Positions 29,349 to 40,803 are shown, numbered from the stretch's first letter. The stretch: 64,000 nucleotides of DNA from Alphaproteobacteria bacterium (GCA_965205265.1 CBDBGH010000003.1:2400001-2464000), one strand, 5' to 3'. Made by a program: numbers and translations. The notes: generated from the sequence alone by a model not told the origin.

Positions 29349-30767
29349 ATGCGCCGCCCGACATTCCTTGCATGGCTTCTGGCGGCGCTGCTGCTGGCCT
29401 TCCAGCCGGCGCATGCCCATGAGCCCCGCGCGGCCGTTCCCGATTCGGCCGAGCAGCTGCGGCTCTCCTTCGCCCCTGTGGTGCGCGCCGTCCGGCCTGC
29501 CGTGGTCAATATCTTCACGACCGGGCGCAGGGTCGAGCGCCGGTCGCCCTTTTCCGGCTTCCCTTTCCTCGACGACCCCTTCTTCCGCCGTTTCTTCGAT
29601 CCGGGCGACCGGCGGCGGCAACGGGCGCAGAATTCGCTCGGCTCCGGCGTGGTCGTCGGCGCGGACGGGCTGATCGTGACCAACCACCATGTCATCGAGA
29701 ATGCCGGCGCCATCAAGGTGGTGCTCGCCGACCGGCGCGAGTTTCCGGCAAAGGTCGCAGCCTCCGACGAGCGCAGCGACCTCGCCCTGCTCCGGGCCGA
29801 GCTCGACGGCGCGACGCTCCAGCCAGCGGTGCTCGGCGACTCGGACGGCCTCGAAGTCGGCGACCTCGTGCTGGCGATCGGCAATCCCTTCGGCGTCGGC
29901 CAGACGGTGACCTCCGGCATCGTCTCGGCGCTGGCGCGCACCGGCCCTTCGGCCCGCGGCCCCGGCTATTTCATCCAGACCGACGCCGCCATCAATCCCG
30001 GCAATTCGGGCGGTGCCCTGGTCAATCTGGCCGGCGAGGTTATCGGCGTGAACACCGCGATCTTCTCCCGCAGCGGCGGCTCGCACGGCGTCGGCTTCGC
30101 CATCCCGTCCAACCTCGTGCGGGTCATGGTCGAGACCGCCCGGAGCGGCGGGCGCGTCGTGCGCCCCTGGCTCGGCGTCGAGAGCCAGCCGGTGACGCCG
30201 GACCTTGCGGACGCGCTCGGCCTTGCCCGGCCCGGCGGCCTTCTGGTGCGGGCCGTGCGCGACGACGGGCCGTTCGCGCGCGCCGGCGGGGCGCGGGGCG
30301 ATGTCATCCTGTCCGTGAACGGGCATCCTGTGCTGGACCGGACGGCGCTGCGCTTCCGCATGACGACGCTCCGGCCGGGCGAGGAGGCCGAGTTAGGAAT
30401 CCTCCGGCACGGCGAGGAGGCCATGCTCTTCGTTCCGGTAGAGCTGCCGCCGGAAGTGCCGCCGCGCGACCGCAGGCAGCTGCGGGGGTCGCATCCACTC
30501 GCCGGCGCCGAAATCGTCAATCTCTCGCCGGCGGTGATTGAGGAGTTCGCCTTCAGCGGGCGCGACACGGGCGTGCTGATCGCCGATGTGGCGCGCGGTT
30601 CGCCCGCCCGGCGTCACGGCTTCCGGCCGGGAGACCTGCTGCACAGCATAAACGGGCAGGAGATGGCCGACACGGCCGGGACCGAGGCCGTCCTCCGGGC
30701 CGGCGAGCGTCCATGGCGCATTTCCATCTGGCGCGGCGGGCGTTCGCTAACGACAATCTTCCGATGA
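29349..30767 (+). CDS. DegQ/HtrA serine endoprotease with PDZ domains
   Basis: SLGSGV, VTNHHV, IQTDAAINPGNSGG; signal peptide. Confidence 0.93.
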   Translation: MRRPTFLAWLLAALLLAFQPAHAHEPRAAVPDSAEQLRLSFAPVVRAVRPAVVNIFTTGRRVERRSPFSGFPFLDDPFFRRFFDPGDRRRQRAQNSLGSGVVVGADGLIVTNHHVIENAGAIKVVLADRREFPAKVAASDERSDLALLRAELDGATLQPAVLGDSDGLEVGDLVLAIGNPFGVGQTVTSGIVSALARTGPSARGPGYFIQTDAAINPGNSGGALVNLAGEVIGVNTAIFSRSGGSHGVGFAIPSNLVRVMVETARSGGRVVRPWLGVESQPVTPDLADALGLARPGGLLVRAVRDDGPFARAGGARGDVILSVNGHPVLDRTALRFRMTTLRPGEEAELGILRHGEEAMLFVPVELPPEVPPRDRRQLRGSHPLAGAEIVNLSPAVIEEFAFSGRDTGVLIADVARGSPARRHGFRPGDLLHSINGQEMADTAGTEAVLRAGERPWRISIWRGGRSLTTIFR

Positions 30768-32053
30768 CCGACTCGCTGTTTCAGGCCGCAGGGCTCGCGG
30801 ACGAAGCGCCGCGCCCGCTCGCCGACCGGCTGCGTCCGGCGTCGCTGGACGAGGTCGTCGGGCAGGACCATGTGCTCGGGCCGGACGGGCCGGTGGGGCG
30901 GATGCTGGCGGCCGGGCGGCTCGCCTCCATCGTCTTCTGGGGGCCGCCCGGCTGCGGCAAGACCACCATTGCGCGCCTGCTGGCGGGCGCGGCCAACCTG
31001 CATTTCACGGCGCTCTCGGCCGTCTTCTCGGGCGTGGCCGACCTGCGCAAGGTCTTCGCCGAGGCCGAAAGCCGGCGCGAGGCCGGCCGCGGCACCATGC
31101 TGTTCGTGGACGAGATCCACCGCTTCAACCGCGCCCAGCAGGACGGGTTCCTGCCCTGGGTCGAGAACGGCACGGTGGTGCTGGTCGGCGCGACGACGGA
31201 GAACCCCTCCTTCGAGCTGAACGCCGCCCTGCTCTCCCGCGCCCAGGTGCTGGTGCTGCGCAGGCTCGACGAGGACGGTCTGGAAACGCTGCTCAAGCGC
31301 GCCGAGGCGAGCCTGGGCGCGCCGCTGCCGCTCGACGAAGGCGCGCGCACGGCGCTCAAGGCGCTGGCGGACGGCGACGGGCGCTACCTGCTCAATCTCG
31401 CCGAGGAGATAACGGGCGGGCCGGTGCTCGACGCGGCCGGGCTCGCGCGCGTCGCGCAGCGCCGGGCACCGGTTTACGACAAGGACCGGGAGGGCCATTA
31501 CAACCTCATCAGCGCACTGCACAAGTCGCTGCGCGGCTCGGACCCGGACGCCGCGCTCTACTGGCTCGCGCGGATGCTCGACGGCGGCGAGGACCCGCGC
31601 TACATCGCCCGCCGCCTGGTCCGTTTCGCTTCGGAGGATGTCGGGCTGGCGGACCCGGCGGCCCTGCCCGCCGCGCTCGCCGGCTGGGAGGCCTATGAGC
31701 GGCTCGGCAGCCCCGAGGGCGAACTCGCGCTTGCCCAGACCGTGCTGTATCTTGCCACCGCGCCCAAGTCCAACGCCGCCTATGCCGCCTTCGAAGAGGC
31801 CATACGCTCGGCGCGCGAGACCGGCTCGCTCATGCCCCCGATGCACAGCCTGAACGCGCCCACCCGGCTGATGAAGGACCTCGGCTACGGCGAGGGCTAC
31901 GCCTATGACCACAACGCCCCCGACGCCTTCGCCGGCGTCAGCTACTTCCCGGACGGCATGGCGCGGCAGCAATTCTACCGGCCCGACGGGCGCGGCGCCG
32001 AGGCGGAGATCGCGGAGCGGCTGGCCGCCTGGGCCAGGCGGCGCAAGCCGTGA
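30764..32053 (+). CDS. rarA: Replication-associated recombination protein A (MgsA/RarA)
   Basis: PLADRLRP, WGPPGCGKTT, DEIHRFN, GATTENPSF, ISALHKS. Confidence 0.95.
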   Translation: MTDSLFQAAGLADEAPRPLADRLRPASLDEVVGQDHVLGPDGPVGRMLAAGRLASIVFWGPPGCGKTTIARLLAGAANLHFTALSAVFSGVADLRKVFAEAESRREAGRGTMLFVDEIHRFNRAQQDGFLPWVENGTVVLVGATTENPSFELNAALLSRAQVLVLRRLDEDGLETLLKRAEASLGAPLPLDEGARTALKALADGDGRYLLNLAEEITGGPVLDAAGLARVAQRRAPVYDKDREGHYNLISALHKSLRGSDPDAALYWLARMLDGGEDPRYIARRLVRFASEDVGLADPAALPAALAGWEAYERLGSPEGELALAQTVLYLATAPKSNAAYAAFEEAIRSARETGSLMPPMHSLNAPTRLMKDLGYGEGYAYDHNAPDAFAGVSYFPDGMARQQFYRPDGRGAEAEIAERLAAWARRRKP

Positions 32054-32427
32054 GCCTCTGGATCGCGGTCGCCGCCGGCGGGGCGCTCGGCGCGCTCGCG
32101 CGCTGGTTCATGGTCTTGCAGGCGACGCGGCTTCTGGGCCCGGAGTTTCCGGCGGGCACCATGGCCGTCAACGTGCTGGGCTCGCTGGCGATGGGGCTGG
32201 TGGCGGCCCTGCTGGCGCAGGGGCTTTCGCTCTCGGCCGAGCTCCGGACCTTCCTCACCGTCGGCTTCCTCGGCGGCTTCACCACCTTCTCCGCCTATTC
32301 GCTGGACGCAGTCGGGCTGGCCGAACGGGGCGCGTGGGCGGGTGCGGCCTTCTACACGGCAGGCTCGGTCGCGCTCGGCATCCTCGCCTTCCTCGCCGGG
32401 GCCCGATTGGCGCGGGTCCTGCTGTGA
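32050..32427 (+). CDS. crcB: Fluoride efflux channel
   Basis: GGALGALAR and GFLGGFTTFS. Confidence 0.93.
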   Translation: MSLWIAVAAGGALGALARWFMVLQATRLLGPEFPAGTMAVNVLGSLAMGLVAALLAQGLSLSAELRTFLTVGFLGGFTTFSAYSLDAVGLAERGAWAGAAFYTAGSVALGILAFLAGARLARVLL

Positions 32428-33362
32428 GCGGCGTTCGCCTGGAAGAGGTTGCCGCAGAGGAAGCCGGGCAGCGGCTGGACCGCTGGGTTGCGCGCCGGCG
32501 ACCGGACCTGCCGCAGGGCCGGTTGCAGAAGCTGCTGCGCACGGGCCAGGTGCGCGTGGACGGACGGCGCGCGCGAGCCGGCGACCGGCTGGAAGCGGGC
32601 GCGATGGTGCGGCTGCCGCCTTCCGGTCCGGCTCCGGAGGCCCGGCCCGCGCCGCTGCCCGACCGGCTGGTGGAAGAAGTGCGCGGCTGGGTGCTGCATC
32701 TCGACGAGGCGGTGATCGCGCTCGACAAGCCGGCCGGTCTCGCCGTCCAGGGCGGCAAGGGCACGGCGCGTCATCTGGACGGGATGCTGGAAGCGCTGCG
32801 TTTCGATGCGCCGGAGCGCCCGCGCCTCGTCCACCGGCTCGACAAGGACACGAGCGGCGTGCTGCTGCTGGCCCGCAGCGCAGCCGACGCGGCGCGGCTG
32901 ACGGCGGCTTTCCGGGCGCGCGAGGCGGAGAAGCTTTACTGGGCGGTGACGGCCGGCGCGCCGGAGCCGCCCGCCGGGCGCATCGCGCTTGCGCTGGCGA
33001 AGCGCGGGCGTCCGGGCGGCGAGCGGGTCGCAGCGGATGCAGGCGGCAAGCGCGCCGTCACTGACTACGAGACGCTCGCCCGCGCCGGAAAGCGCGCCGC
33101 CCGGCTGGCGCTCCGGCCGCTGACCGGGCGCACGCACCAGCTTCGCGCGCATCTGGCCGCGATCGGCTGCCCAATCCTGGGCGACGGCAAATATGGCGGC
33201 AGGGCGGCCTTTCTGGAGGGCATCGGCCTCGAGCCGCGCCTGCATCTCCACGCCCGCACCATCGCACTGGAGCATCCGCGCGGGCGCGGCCGGCTCGAAG
33301 TCGAGGCGCCGGCGCCGCCCCTGCTTGTAAACGCCTTCCGCCTGCTGGGCCTCGATGCATAG
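32424..33362 (+). CDS. RluA-family pseudouridine synthase (RluC-like)
   Basis: S4 domain QRLDRW, KPAGLAVQGG, HRLDKDTSG, TGRTHQLR. Confidence 0.93.
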   Translation: MSGVRLEEVAAEEAGQRLDRWVARRRPDLPQGRLQKLLRTGQVRVDGRRARAGDRLEAGAMVRLPPSGPAPEARPAPLPDRLVEEVRGWVLHLDEAVIALDKPAGLAVQGGKGTARHLDGMLEALRFDAPERPRLVHRLDKDTSGVLLLARSAADAARLTAAFRAREAEKLYWAVTAGAPEPPAGRIALALAKRGRPGGERVAADAGGKRAVTDYETLARAGKRAARLALRPLTGRTHQLRAHLAAIGCPILGDGKYGGRAAFLEGIGLEPRLHLHARTIALEHPRGRGRLEVEAPAPPLLVNAFRLLGLDA

Positions 33363-33454
33363 GCGATTCCGGGCCTCTCGAAAGGACCGCCTTCCTGTCG
33401 CACCGGCCGCAGCTATGCTATCTTCGCCGCCCCGGCCGCCGGGAGGTCCATGAC

Positions 33455-34027
33455 ATGAGCAGGCAGCAGGCCGCAACCGCCCGTTCCCGACGCCGTGCGA
33501 CCTACCGCGACGTGCTGGAAGCCCCGCCGCACATGGTGGCCGAAATCGTCGCCGGTACGCTGCATACGCAACCGCGCCCGGCCCCGCGCCATGCGCGCGC
33601 CGGTTCCGCGCTCGGCGCCAAGATCGGCGACCCCTTCGACTATGGCGGCGGCCCGGGCGGCTGGTGGATACTGGACGAACCGGAACTCCACCTGGGCGAG
33701 GATGTCCTTGTGCCCGACCTGGCCGGCTGGCGACGGGAGCGGATGCCGGACCTGCCCGACACCGCCTATTTCACCCTCGCCCCCGACTGGGTCTGCGAGG
33801 TGCTCTCGCCCTCGACCCGTGACCTTGACCGCCACGGCAAGCGGCCCGTCTATACGCGCGAGGGCGTGCGCCATCTCTGGTTCGTCGATCCGGCCGCGCG
33901 GGACCTGGAAGCGTTCGAACTGCGCGACGGCGCGTGGGTGCTCATCGCCGCGTTGCGCGACGACGACGCGGTCTCCGTCCCTCCGTTCGAGGCGGTCTCC
34001 TTCCCCCTCGACACCCTCTGGCCCTGA
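33455..34027 (+). CDS. Uma2-family endonuclease
   Basis: AEIVAGTL, LVPDLAGW, APDWVCEVLSPST, WFVDP. Confidence 0.9.
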   Translation: MSRQQAATARSRRRATYRDVLEAPPHMVAEIVAGTLHTQPRPAPRHARAGSALGAKIGDPFDYGGGPGGWWILDEPELHLGEDVLVPDLAGWRRERMPDLPDTAYFTLAPDWVCEVLSPSTRDLDRHGKRPVYTREGVRHLWFVDPAARDLEAFELRDGAWVLIAALRDDDAVSVPPFEAVSFPLDTLWP

Positions 34028-34033
34028 CGCCGC

Positions 34034-34522
34034 TCAGGCCGCCAACTCCTTCCGGTAAAGTGCCTCGGTCGCTTCGTCGAAGCAGGCGAAGACGATGCGC
34101 GCAAAGCCGGCGCCATGGGCCTGCGCCCCGGCGACGGCAATACCGGCAGCGCGGTCCGGCGGGAAGCCGTAAACGCCGGTGGAGATGGCCGGAAAGGCGA
34201 TGGAATCGAGGCCGTGCTCGCGGGCGAGCGCGAAGCAATTGCGGTAGCAGGCGGCCAGTAGCACGTCTTCGGTTCCCGCGCCGCGCCAGACAGGCCCGAC
34301 CGTGTGAATGACATGGCGGGCCGGCAGACGATAGCCGGCGGTGATGCGCGCCTCACCGGTCGGGCAGCCGCCGAGCGTGCGGCATTCGGCCAGCAATTCG
34401 GGTCCGGCGGCCCGGTGGATGGCTCCGTCCACCCCGCCGCCGCCGAGCAGCGTCTCGTTGGCGGCATTGACGATGGCATCCACCCCAAGCGTCGTGATGT
34501 CGCCCCGGAACAGTTTGATCAT
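34034..34522 (-). CDS. Macro-domain O-acetyl-ADP-ribose deacetylase (YmdB-like)
   Basis: [34 protein letters not shown]. Confidence 0.93.
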   Translation of the reverse strand: MIKLFRGDITTLGVDAIVNAANETLLGGGGVDGAIHRAAGPELLAECRTLGGCPTGEARITAGYRLPARHVIHTVGPVWRGAGTEDVLLAACYRNCFALAREHGLDSIAFPAISTGVYGFPPDRAAGIAVAGAQAHGAGFARIVFACFDEATEALYRKELAA

Positions 34523-35865
34523 GGCCGTGTCTCCTCTTCCCTGTGCCTTCGCCAGAGCGGGCGCAGCAGCAGCAGGCCCGGCAGGCAGGCGAGCGCCGTC
34601 AGCGCGAAGAAGGCGTTCCAGTCCCCGCCCAGACTGTCCACGATCCAGCCCGACGGCGCGGAGAGCACGATCCGGGCGGACGCCATGAGCGAGGAGAGCA
34701 GCGCAAACTGCATCATCGTATAGGAGATGTTGCAGAGGCTCATGAGGTAAGCGAGAAAGGCCGTGGTGCCGAGCCCGGCAGTGAAGCCTTCCAGCGCGGC
34801 GACGCCGGCCAGCCACCCAATGTCGTGCCCCGCTTCGTTGAGCGGGATGAAGGCCAGGTTCGAGAGCGCCTGCAGGACGCCCGCCGCCAGCAGGCTCGGC
34901 AGCAGGCCCAACGCATGGACCGCGAGGCCGCCCGCGAGAATGCCAGCCAGCGAGGCGATGAAGCCGCCCGTCTCGACCGCCGCCGCAATCTCCGTCTTGG
35001 AGAAGCCGAGCTCGATATAGAACGGGATGGCCATGGCGGCGAGCGCGGCGTCGCCGAGCTTGTAGAACAGGATGAAGGCCAGCACTGCGCCCCATCCGGG
35101 CCGGGCGAAGAATTCGGCGAGCGGCGCTACGGCCGCGCCGGCGAACCGCGCGGCGGCGGCCCCGCCCCAGGCCGCCGCCCAGCCGGCCAGCCGGCGCTCC
35201 CGCGCCTCGGCCTCGGGATCGGCGCCGCGCGCCGGTTCGGGCGCAAGCAGGGTGACGGCGACGCCGACCAGCAGCAGCGCCGCCATGACGGCATGCGCGC
35301 CCGCCCAGCCGAGCGCGTCCGCGAGGAACAGCCCGCCCGCGCCGGAGACGAACATGCCGACCCGGAAGCCTTTCACGAAGACCGCCGCGCCGGGCCCGTA
35401 CTGGCCTTCGTCCAGAATCTCGATGCGGTAGGCGTCCAGCACGACGTCCTGGCTCGCGGAGGAAAAGGCGACCAGGCAGGCGAACAACGCGACGACGCCG
35501 AGGTCGGCCGTCGGGTCGGAGAGCCCGAGCCCGGCAATTGCCGCCATGCAGGCGATATGGGTCGCCAGCATCCAGCCCCGCCGCCGGCCGAAGCGGCGCG
35601 TCAGCCAGGGCAGCCTCAGCCGGTCGATGCCCGGCGCCCAGAGGAATTTCAGGCCGTAGATCGCCGTGACGAGGGTGAACAGGCCGATGCTGGTCCGGTC
35701 CACGCCGGCCTCGGCGAGCCGGGCGCTCAGCACCTTCACGGTCAGCATCAGCGGCAGGCCGCTGGAGAAGCCGAGCGCCAGCATCATGGCGACGCGCCGG
35801 CTCCGGAAGGCGTCCGCCGGTCGGTGCAACCGGCCGGACCGAACAGGCGCGGGCGCTGTTTCCAT
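34519..35865 (-). CDS. ampG: AmpG-family muropeptide MFS transporter
   Basis: [34 protein letters not shown]; true start may be further downstream. Confidence 0.9.
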   Translation of the reverse strand: METAPAPVRSGRLHRPADAFRSRRVAMMLALGFSSGLPLMLTVKVLSARLAEAGVDRTSIGLFTLVTAIYGLKFLWAPGIDRLRLPWLTRRFGRRRGWMLATHIACMAAIAGLGLSDPTADLGVVALFACLVAFSSASQDVVLDAYRIEILDEGQYGPGAAVFVKGFRVGMFVSGAGGLFLADALGWAGAHAVMAALLLVGVAVTLLAPEPARGADPEAEARERRLAGWAAAWGGAAAARFAGAAVAPLAEFFARPGWGAVLAFILFYKLGDAALAAMAIPFYIELGFSKTEIAAAVETGGFIASLAGILAGGLAVHALGLLPSLLAAGVLQALSNLAFIPLNEAGHDIGWLAGVAALEGFTAGLGTTAFLAYLMSLCNISYTMMQFALLSSLMASARIVLSAPSGWIVDSLGGDWNAFFALTALACLPGLLLLRPLWRRHREEETRP

Positions 35866-35879
35866 TCGGACGCTTCGCC

Positions 35880-37544
35880 TCAGGCCGGCGGGGGGATGTC
35901 GCCGCCGTCGGCCACCGGATATACGCGGAGCGGGCGTTCGCGTCCGCGAATCTCCACCAGGCGCGACGGAATGGCGGAGAAGTCCGCCCCGGCGAGGCGC
36001 ACGACGCGCTGCGAGATCACGGCCTGGCAGGCGAACTCCTTGGTCATCGGCTCCAGCCGGCTCGCGACATTGACGGCGTCCCCGATGGCGGTGACCGAGG
36101 TGGCACGGCTATAGCCCATCTCGCCGACGATGACGGCGCCGGCATGGAGGCCGACGCCGATGCGCAACGGCTCGGAAAGCTCCTCGCCGAGTGCGGTATT
36201 GAGCTCGCCGAGCGCCGCCGCCATGGCGCGCACCGCCTCCAGCGCGTTCCGGCAGCCCTCGCGGGGGTCGCCGTCGATGCCGAACAGCGCCATCACCCCG
36301 TCGCCGATGAACTTGTCCACATGGCCGCCCGCCTCCTCGACCGCGCGGCCCATGGCGAGAAAGTAGCGGTTCAGCAGAAAGACCACATCATAGGGCAGCT
36401 TGTCCTCGGACAGCTTGGTGAAGGCGCGCAGGTCCGCGAACAGGATGGCGATCTCGCGTTCCGCGCCCTGCTGGCTGCCGGTCCGCGCCCGCGCTTCCGC
36501 CGGCCCGGCCGAGGCCGGCAGCAGGGGCATGAGCGTCACGTCGCCCGCGGGAACCGTCTGGCAGGCGAGGCGCACCCGCTCCGGCGCGCCGATGCGGCCC
36601 AGCAGCGCGCGTTCGCCGTCGGCCGGCGGCGGCAGCGCGTCGAAGCCCCGTGACACATGCACCCGGCAGGTGGAGCAGCGCCCACGCCCGCCGCAGACCG
36701 AGGCATGGGGGATGCCGGCGGCGCGGCTCACCTCCAGCAGCGTCGCGCCGGGTTCGGCCCGCACCGTGCGCCCGTCGGGATAGGTGACGCGGACCGGCCG
36801 CTGGCGCCGCGCCCGGAGCGCGCGGACCAGCCGCCACGCCACCAGCGTGGCCACGCCCATGCCGGTCATGGCGCTCATGCGCGCCTCGATACCCTGCACC
36901 CATTCGACGCCCTCGCGGCCGGGGAAGCGGATTTCTTCGAGCATCGCGCCGACCCAGCCGGAGTCGGCCGCCGCCAGCGCCAATATGTCCCTGCCCCCGA
37001 CCGCGAAGCCTGCCAGCGCCAGCGCCGGCAGCAGCAGGGCGGCGGCGAAGAAGAACGGCAGGCCGTTTCGGTACCAGGGCTGCAGCCTCAGCCAGAAATG
37101 GATGCCGATGCAGCCATGCGTCCAGGCCGCGGCCATGAGCGCGATCTGCTGCAACGGTTCGTTCCAGGTCGCCCAGAGGACGAAGGGATAGCTCGGGTCC
37201 ATGCCGAACCGCAGCGAGAGCCCGAGCGTGCCCAGCATATGCAGGCAGAGCAGGAAGGGAATCGCCAGGCCCAGAAGCTGCTGCGCTGCTTCCCAGACCG
37301 GCATTCTGAGATCGCGCTTGCGGAAGAGCCGCGCGACCGAGAGCGCGCCGTGCATGGCGAAGCTGCCGACCAGCAGCACGATGCCGGGCGGGCTGCGCCA
37401 GATGGCGGCGAAGACGCGCCGCCCGGCCTCCATCGCCTCCACCGAAGCGAGGCCGAATGTATGGTTCAGCAGGTGGCCTGCGACATAGACGAACAGGACG
37501 ACGCCGCTCCAGAGCCGGAGCTGCTGGATCAGGCGGCCGCGCAT
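35880..37544 (-). CDS. Membrane-anchored 2Fe-2S ferredoxin-adenylate/guanylate cyclase
   Basis: TM N-terminus, [10 protein letters not shown]...[31 protein letters not shown]. Confidence 0.9.
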   Translation of the reverse strand: MRGRLIQQLRLWSGVVLFVYVAGHLLNHTFGLASVEAMEAGRRVFAAIWRSPPGIVLLVGSFAMHGALSVARLFRKRDLRMPVWEAAQQLLGLAIPFLLCLHMLGTLGLSLRFGMDPSYPFVLWATWNEPLQQIALMAAAWTHGCIGIHFWLRLQPWYRNGLPFFFAAALLLPALALAGFAVGGRDILALAAADSGWVGAMLEEIRFPGREGVEWVQGIEARMSAMTGMGVATLVAWRLVRALRARRQRPVRVTYPDGRTVRAEPGATLLEVSRAAGIPHASVCGGRGRCSTCRVHVSRGFDALPPPADGERALLGRIGAPERVRLACQTVPAGDVTLMPLLPASAGPAEARARTGSQQGAEREIAILFADLRAFTKLSEDKLPYDVVFLLNRYFLAMGRAVEEAGGHVDKFIGDGVMALFGIDGDPREGCRNALEAVRAMAAALGELNTALGEELSEPLRIGVGLHAGAVIVGEMGYSRATSVTAIGDAVNVASRLEPMTKEFACQAVISQRVVRLAGADFSAIPSRLVEIRGRERPLRVYPVADGGDIPPPA

Positions 37545-38596
37545 GGGTTCCCGATGCCCGGGGACGCGGCGGCGGCGTCAACGCCGCCATTCGCAACGTT
37601 CGCCGCGTTCAAAGCGGCGGCGGGCAGGCAGGCCAGCGGTTCGTCGGGCCGTGCTCCCATCTGCTCGATAATCCGCCCGGCCGCGAGGCTGCCCAGCCAG
37701 GCGCATTCGGCGAGTGGGCGGGACCGGGTATAGGCATGCAGGAAGCCGGCGGCGTAGAGGTCGCCGGCCCCGGTCGTGTCCGCGAGCCGGGCGACCCGCG
37801 CGGCCGGCACCTCCTCGCGCCCTGCACCCGACACGATGAGCGAACCTTGCGCACTCCGCGTAAGCGCCGCCGTTTCGACGATCCCCGAGACCATGTTCGC
37901 GGCGTCCCGGAGATCGGCGGCGCCGGTCAGCGAAACCGCCTCCTCCTCGTTCGCGAACAGGATGTCCACCCGCTCCGCGATCAGTTCCAGAAAGGTCTCC
38001 CGGTGCCGGTCCACGCAGAACGGGTCGGAGAGGGTGAGCGCGACCCGGCGCCCGGCGGCGCGGGCGGCATCGGCGAGCTTCACCATTGCCGCCTTGGCCG
38101 CGGGCGCATCCCACAGATAGCCTTCCAGGTAGGTGACGGCCGCCTCGGCCGCAGCGGCTTCGTCAATGTCCGCCGGCTCGATCTCGGCGGCGGCGCCCAG
38201 CATGGTGAGCATGCTGCGCTGGGCATCGGGCGTCACGAAAACCAGGCAGCGCCCCGTGGCGGCGCCGACGGTTGCGGCCGGCGTGTCGAACCGCACGCCC
38301 GCCTCGCGGATGTCGCGGCGAAAGGCGGCGCCGGCACCGTCGTCCCGCACCCGCCCGATATAGCCCGCCCGGGCACCGAGCGAGGCAATGCCCGCGGCCG
38401 TGTTGGCCGCCGAGCCGCCCGACCTCTCGGCGGCCGGAACGACCTTGCCGTGAAGCTCTGCGGCGCGGGCCTCGCCGATCAGGGTCATCACGCCCTTTCC
38501 GACGCCATGACCGGCGAGCCAGCCGTCATCGACACGAACCAGCACATCCAGCATGGCGTTTCCGACGGCAAGCACATCGAGGGAGGCGTCGCTCAT
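37529..38596 (-). CDS. PfkB-family carbohydrate/adenosine kinase
   Basis: SGGSAANT, YLEGYLWD, DTTGAGD. Confidence 0.9.
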   Translation of the reverse strand: MSDASLDVLAVGNAMLDVLVRVDDGWLAGHGVGKGVMTLIGEARAAELHGKVVPAAERSGGSAANTAAGIASLGARAGYIGRVRDDGAGAAFRRDIREAGVRFDTPAATVGAATGRCLVFVTPDAQRSMLTMLGAAAEIEPADIDEAAAAEAAVTYLEGYLWDAPAAKAAMVKLADAARAAGRRVALTLSDPFCVDRHRETFLELIAERVDILFANEEEAVSLTGAADLRDAANMVSGIVETAALTRSAQGSLIVSGAGREEVPAARVARLADTTGAGDLYAAGFLHAYTRSRPLAECAWLGSLAAGRIIEQMGARPDEPLACLPAAALNAANVANGGVDAAAASPGIGNPCAAA

Positions 38597-38692
38597 GTCA
38601 GCTCCGGCGCGCGGGGAACGGCGGCGAGTATAAGGAGGTCGGCGCCGGAAAGCCCGCCGCGATATCGGTGTCCGGTTACAGGGCCGGGGCGC

Positions 38693-40111
38693 TCACGCGA
38701 CCACCTTGCCGGGGTTCATCAGGCCGTCGGGATCGAGGGCGCGCTTGACGACCTGCATCATCTCGATCTCCGGACCGGGCTTGTAGTGGGTGATCTCATC
38801 CACCTTGAGCCGCCCGACGCCGTGCTCGGCAGAGACGGACCCGTCGAGCGCATTGACGATGTCGTGGACGGCGGCATTCAGCTCGTCCCAGCGCGCGAGA
38901 TAGGCCTGCTTGTCGGCGCCGACCGGTTGCGAGACGTTGTAGTGGATATTGCCGTCGCCGACATGGCCGAAGGGGCAGGGCCGGGCGCCGGGAATGGTGC
39001 GCGCGACGGCTTCGTCAGCGGCTTCGATGAAGTCCGCGACCCGGCTCACCGGCACCGAGATGTCGTGCTTGATCGAGCCGCCTTCCGGAATCTGCGCCTC
39101 GACCACCGCTTCGCGGATGCGCCAGAGGGCGGTCGCCTGCGCGCCGCTGTCGGCGATGGTCGCGTCCAGCACCAGCCCGTCCTCGAAGGCCTGTCCCAGC
39201 GCCTCCTCGACGATCTCGCGCAGCCCCGAGCCTTCGCGGCCGGCATCGGCGCGCAGGAGCGCGTAGTGGGCGAAGGTCCGATCGAACGGGTCGCGCACGC
39301 CCGGCACATGCTTCAAGGCCAGATCGATGCCGAAGCGCCCGATATATTCGAAGGCGGAAACCTGGTCGCCCGTAGCGGCGCGCAGGCGCGAGAGCAGCTC
39401 GATCACATGCGGGATCGAGGGCAGCGCGGCGAAGGCCGTCACCTCCTCGCGGGGCCTGGGGAAGAGCTTGACGCAGGCCGCCGTCAAGATGCCGAGCGTG
39501 CCTTCGCCGCCGATGAAAAGCTGCTTCAGGTCGTAGCCGGTATTGTCCTTGCGCAGGCGCCTGAGGCCGTTCCAGATGCGCCCGTCCGGCAGCACTGCCT
39601 CCAGCCCCAGCACCAGCTCGCGCATATTGCCGTAGCGCAGCGTGTTGATGCCGCCGGCATTGGTCGAGATATTGCCGCCGACGGTGCAGCTTCCCTCGGC
39701 GCCGAGGCTGAGCGGGAACAGCCGGTCGGCTTCCTCGGCCGCCGCCTGGACATGCTGGAGGATGCAGCCGGCCTCGACCGTCATGGTGTAGTTGAGCGCG
39801 TCCAGTTCCCGGACGCGGTTCATGCGCCCGAGGCTTACCAGAAGCTGGCTGCCGTCCTCCGCCGGCACGGCTCCGCCGCAAAGCCCGGTATTGCCGCCCT
39901 GCGGCACGATGGCGACGCCCGCTTCGCGGCAGAGCCGGACGACGGCCGATACCTGCTCGGTCGTGGCCGGGCGGGCGACGAAGGGCGCGGCGCCGCGATA
40001 GAGGCCGCGCGGCTCGACCAGAAGCGGCGCCAGCTCATCCGGGTCGGCGGAGAGCCCGCGCTCGCCCAGAAGCGCCCTCAGCGGCTCCGCCAATGCCTCG
40101 GCCCTCGCCAT
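38693..40111 (-). CDS. FAD-binding oxidoreductase (D-2-hydroxyglutarate/D-lactate dehydrogenase-like)
   Basis: PQGGNTGL, NAGG, KDNTGYDL, GHVGDGNIH, SAEHGVG. Confidence 0.9.
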   Translation of the reverse strand: MARAEALAEPLRALLGERGLSADPDELAPLLVEPRGLYRGAAPFVARPATTEQVSAVVRLCREAGVAIVPQGGNTGLCGGAVPAEDGSQLLVSLGRMNRVRELDALNYTMTVEAGCILQHVQAAAEEADRLFPLSLGAEGSCTVGGNISTNAGGINTLRYGNMRELVLGLEAVLPDGRIWNGLRRLRKDNTGYDLKQLFIGGEGTLGILTAACVKLFPRPREEVTAFAALPSIPHVIELLSRLRAATGDQVSAFEYIGRFGIDLALKHVPGVRDPFDRTFAHYALLRADAGREGSGLREIVEEALGQAFEDGLVLDATIADSGAQATALWRIREAVVEAQIPEGGSIKHDISVPVSRVADFIEAADEAVARTIPGARPCPFGHVGDGNIHYNVSQPVGADKQAYLARWDELNAAVHDIVNALDGSVSAEHGVGRLKVDEITHYKPGPEIEMMQVVKRALDPDGLMNPGKVVA

Positions 40112-40241
40112 CTCCCGATTTCCCTTCAAGCGAACGGGACGCGCTCACATAAGCGCCGCCTGCCGCCGCCGCAAGGGCAAGCCTTTGACATGACCGGAAC
40201 CGACTGCTAGTGGACGGCGTATCGAACCGTCGAGTTTCCCC

Positions 40242-40454
40242 ATGGCGAACACCTATACCGCTGTCGTGGAACGTTGCGCCGAAACTGGGCTCTATGTCGG
40301 CTACGTTCCCGGTTTTCCCGGCGCTTACAGCCAAGGCGAAACGATGGAAGAACTCAACGAAAATCTGATTGAGGTTATTTCAATGCTGCTGGCCGATGGC
40401 GAGCCTGAGATGGAAGGAGACTATATCGGCACCCAGACGGTTGTAGTCGCATAA
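40242..40454 (+). CDS. hicB: HicB-family antitoxin (short form)
   Basis: YVGYVPGFPGAYSQGETMEEL. Confidence 0.88.
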   Translation: MANTYTAVVERCAETGLYVGYVPGFPGAYSQGETMEELNENLIEVISMLLADGEPEMEGDYIGTQTVVVA

Positions 40455-40572
40455 CCTGATGTTTTTCTTCTTTTCGGGCCGGGGAGAAGCATCCGATGTG
40501 CATTCGTCACCGTCACAATCCGGAAGTGGGAACAAAGAACCTGTTTCATCCACTACTCCAGAGGTGCTTTTC

Positions 40573-40797
40573 GTGAGTCTCCCGGTTCTCAAGCCGCGAG
40601 AGGTGATTTCTATTCTTGTTTCTCTCGGATTTCGAGAGATGCGCCAGCGAGGCTCCCACAAGCAATTCCGCCACGAAGACGGGCGAACAGCGACAGTACC
40701 GGTGCATGGCGGCAGGGATATTTCACCGATTCTGCTCCGGCAGATCGCACGTGGGGCGGGCCTGACCGTCCAGGAATTCGTCGCGCGGCGCAAATAG
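40573..40797 (+). CDS. hicA: HicA-family toxin
   Basis: LGFREMRQRGSHKQFRHEDGRTATVPVH; GTG start with upstream GAGG. Confidence 0.88.
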   Translation: MSLPVLKPREVISILVSLGFREMRQRGSHKQFRHEDGRTATVPVHGGRDISPILLRQIARGAGLTVQEFVARRK

Positions 40798-40803
40798 ACG
40801 CCA

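Noticed and set aside
29341-29350. tagcccgcat matching the MITE terminus
   Set aside because: Only 10 bp, no partner repeat, and explained by the Rdx stop plus the degQ start
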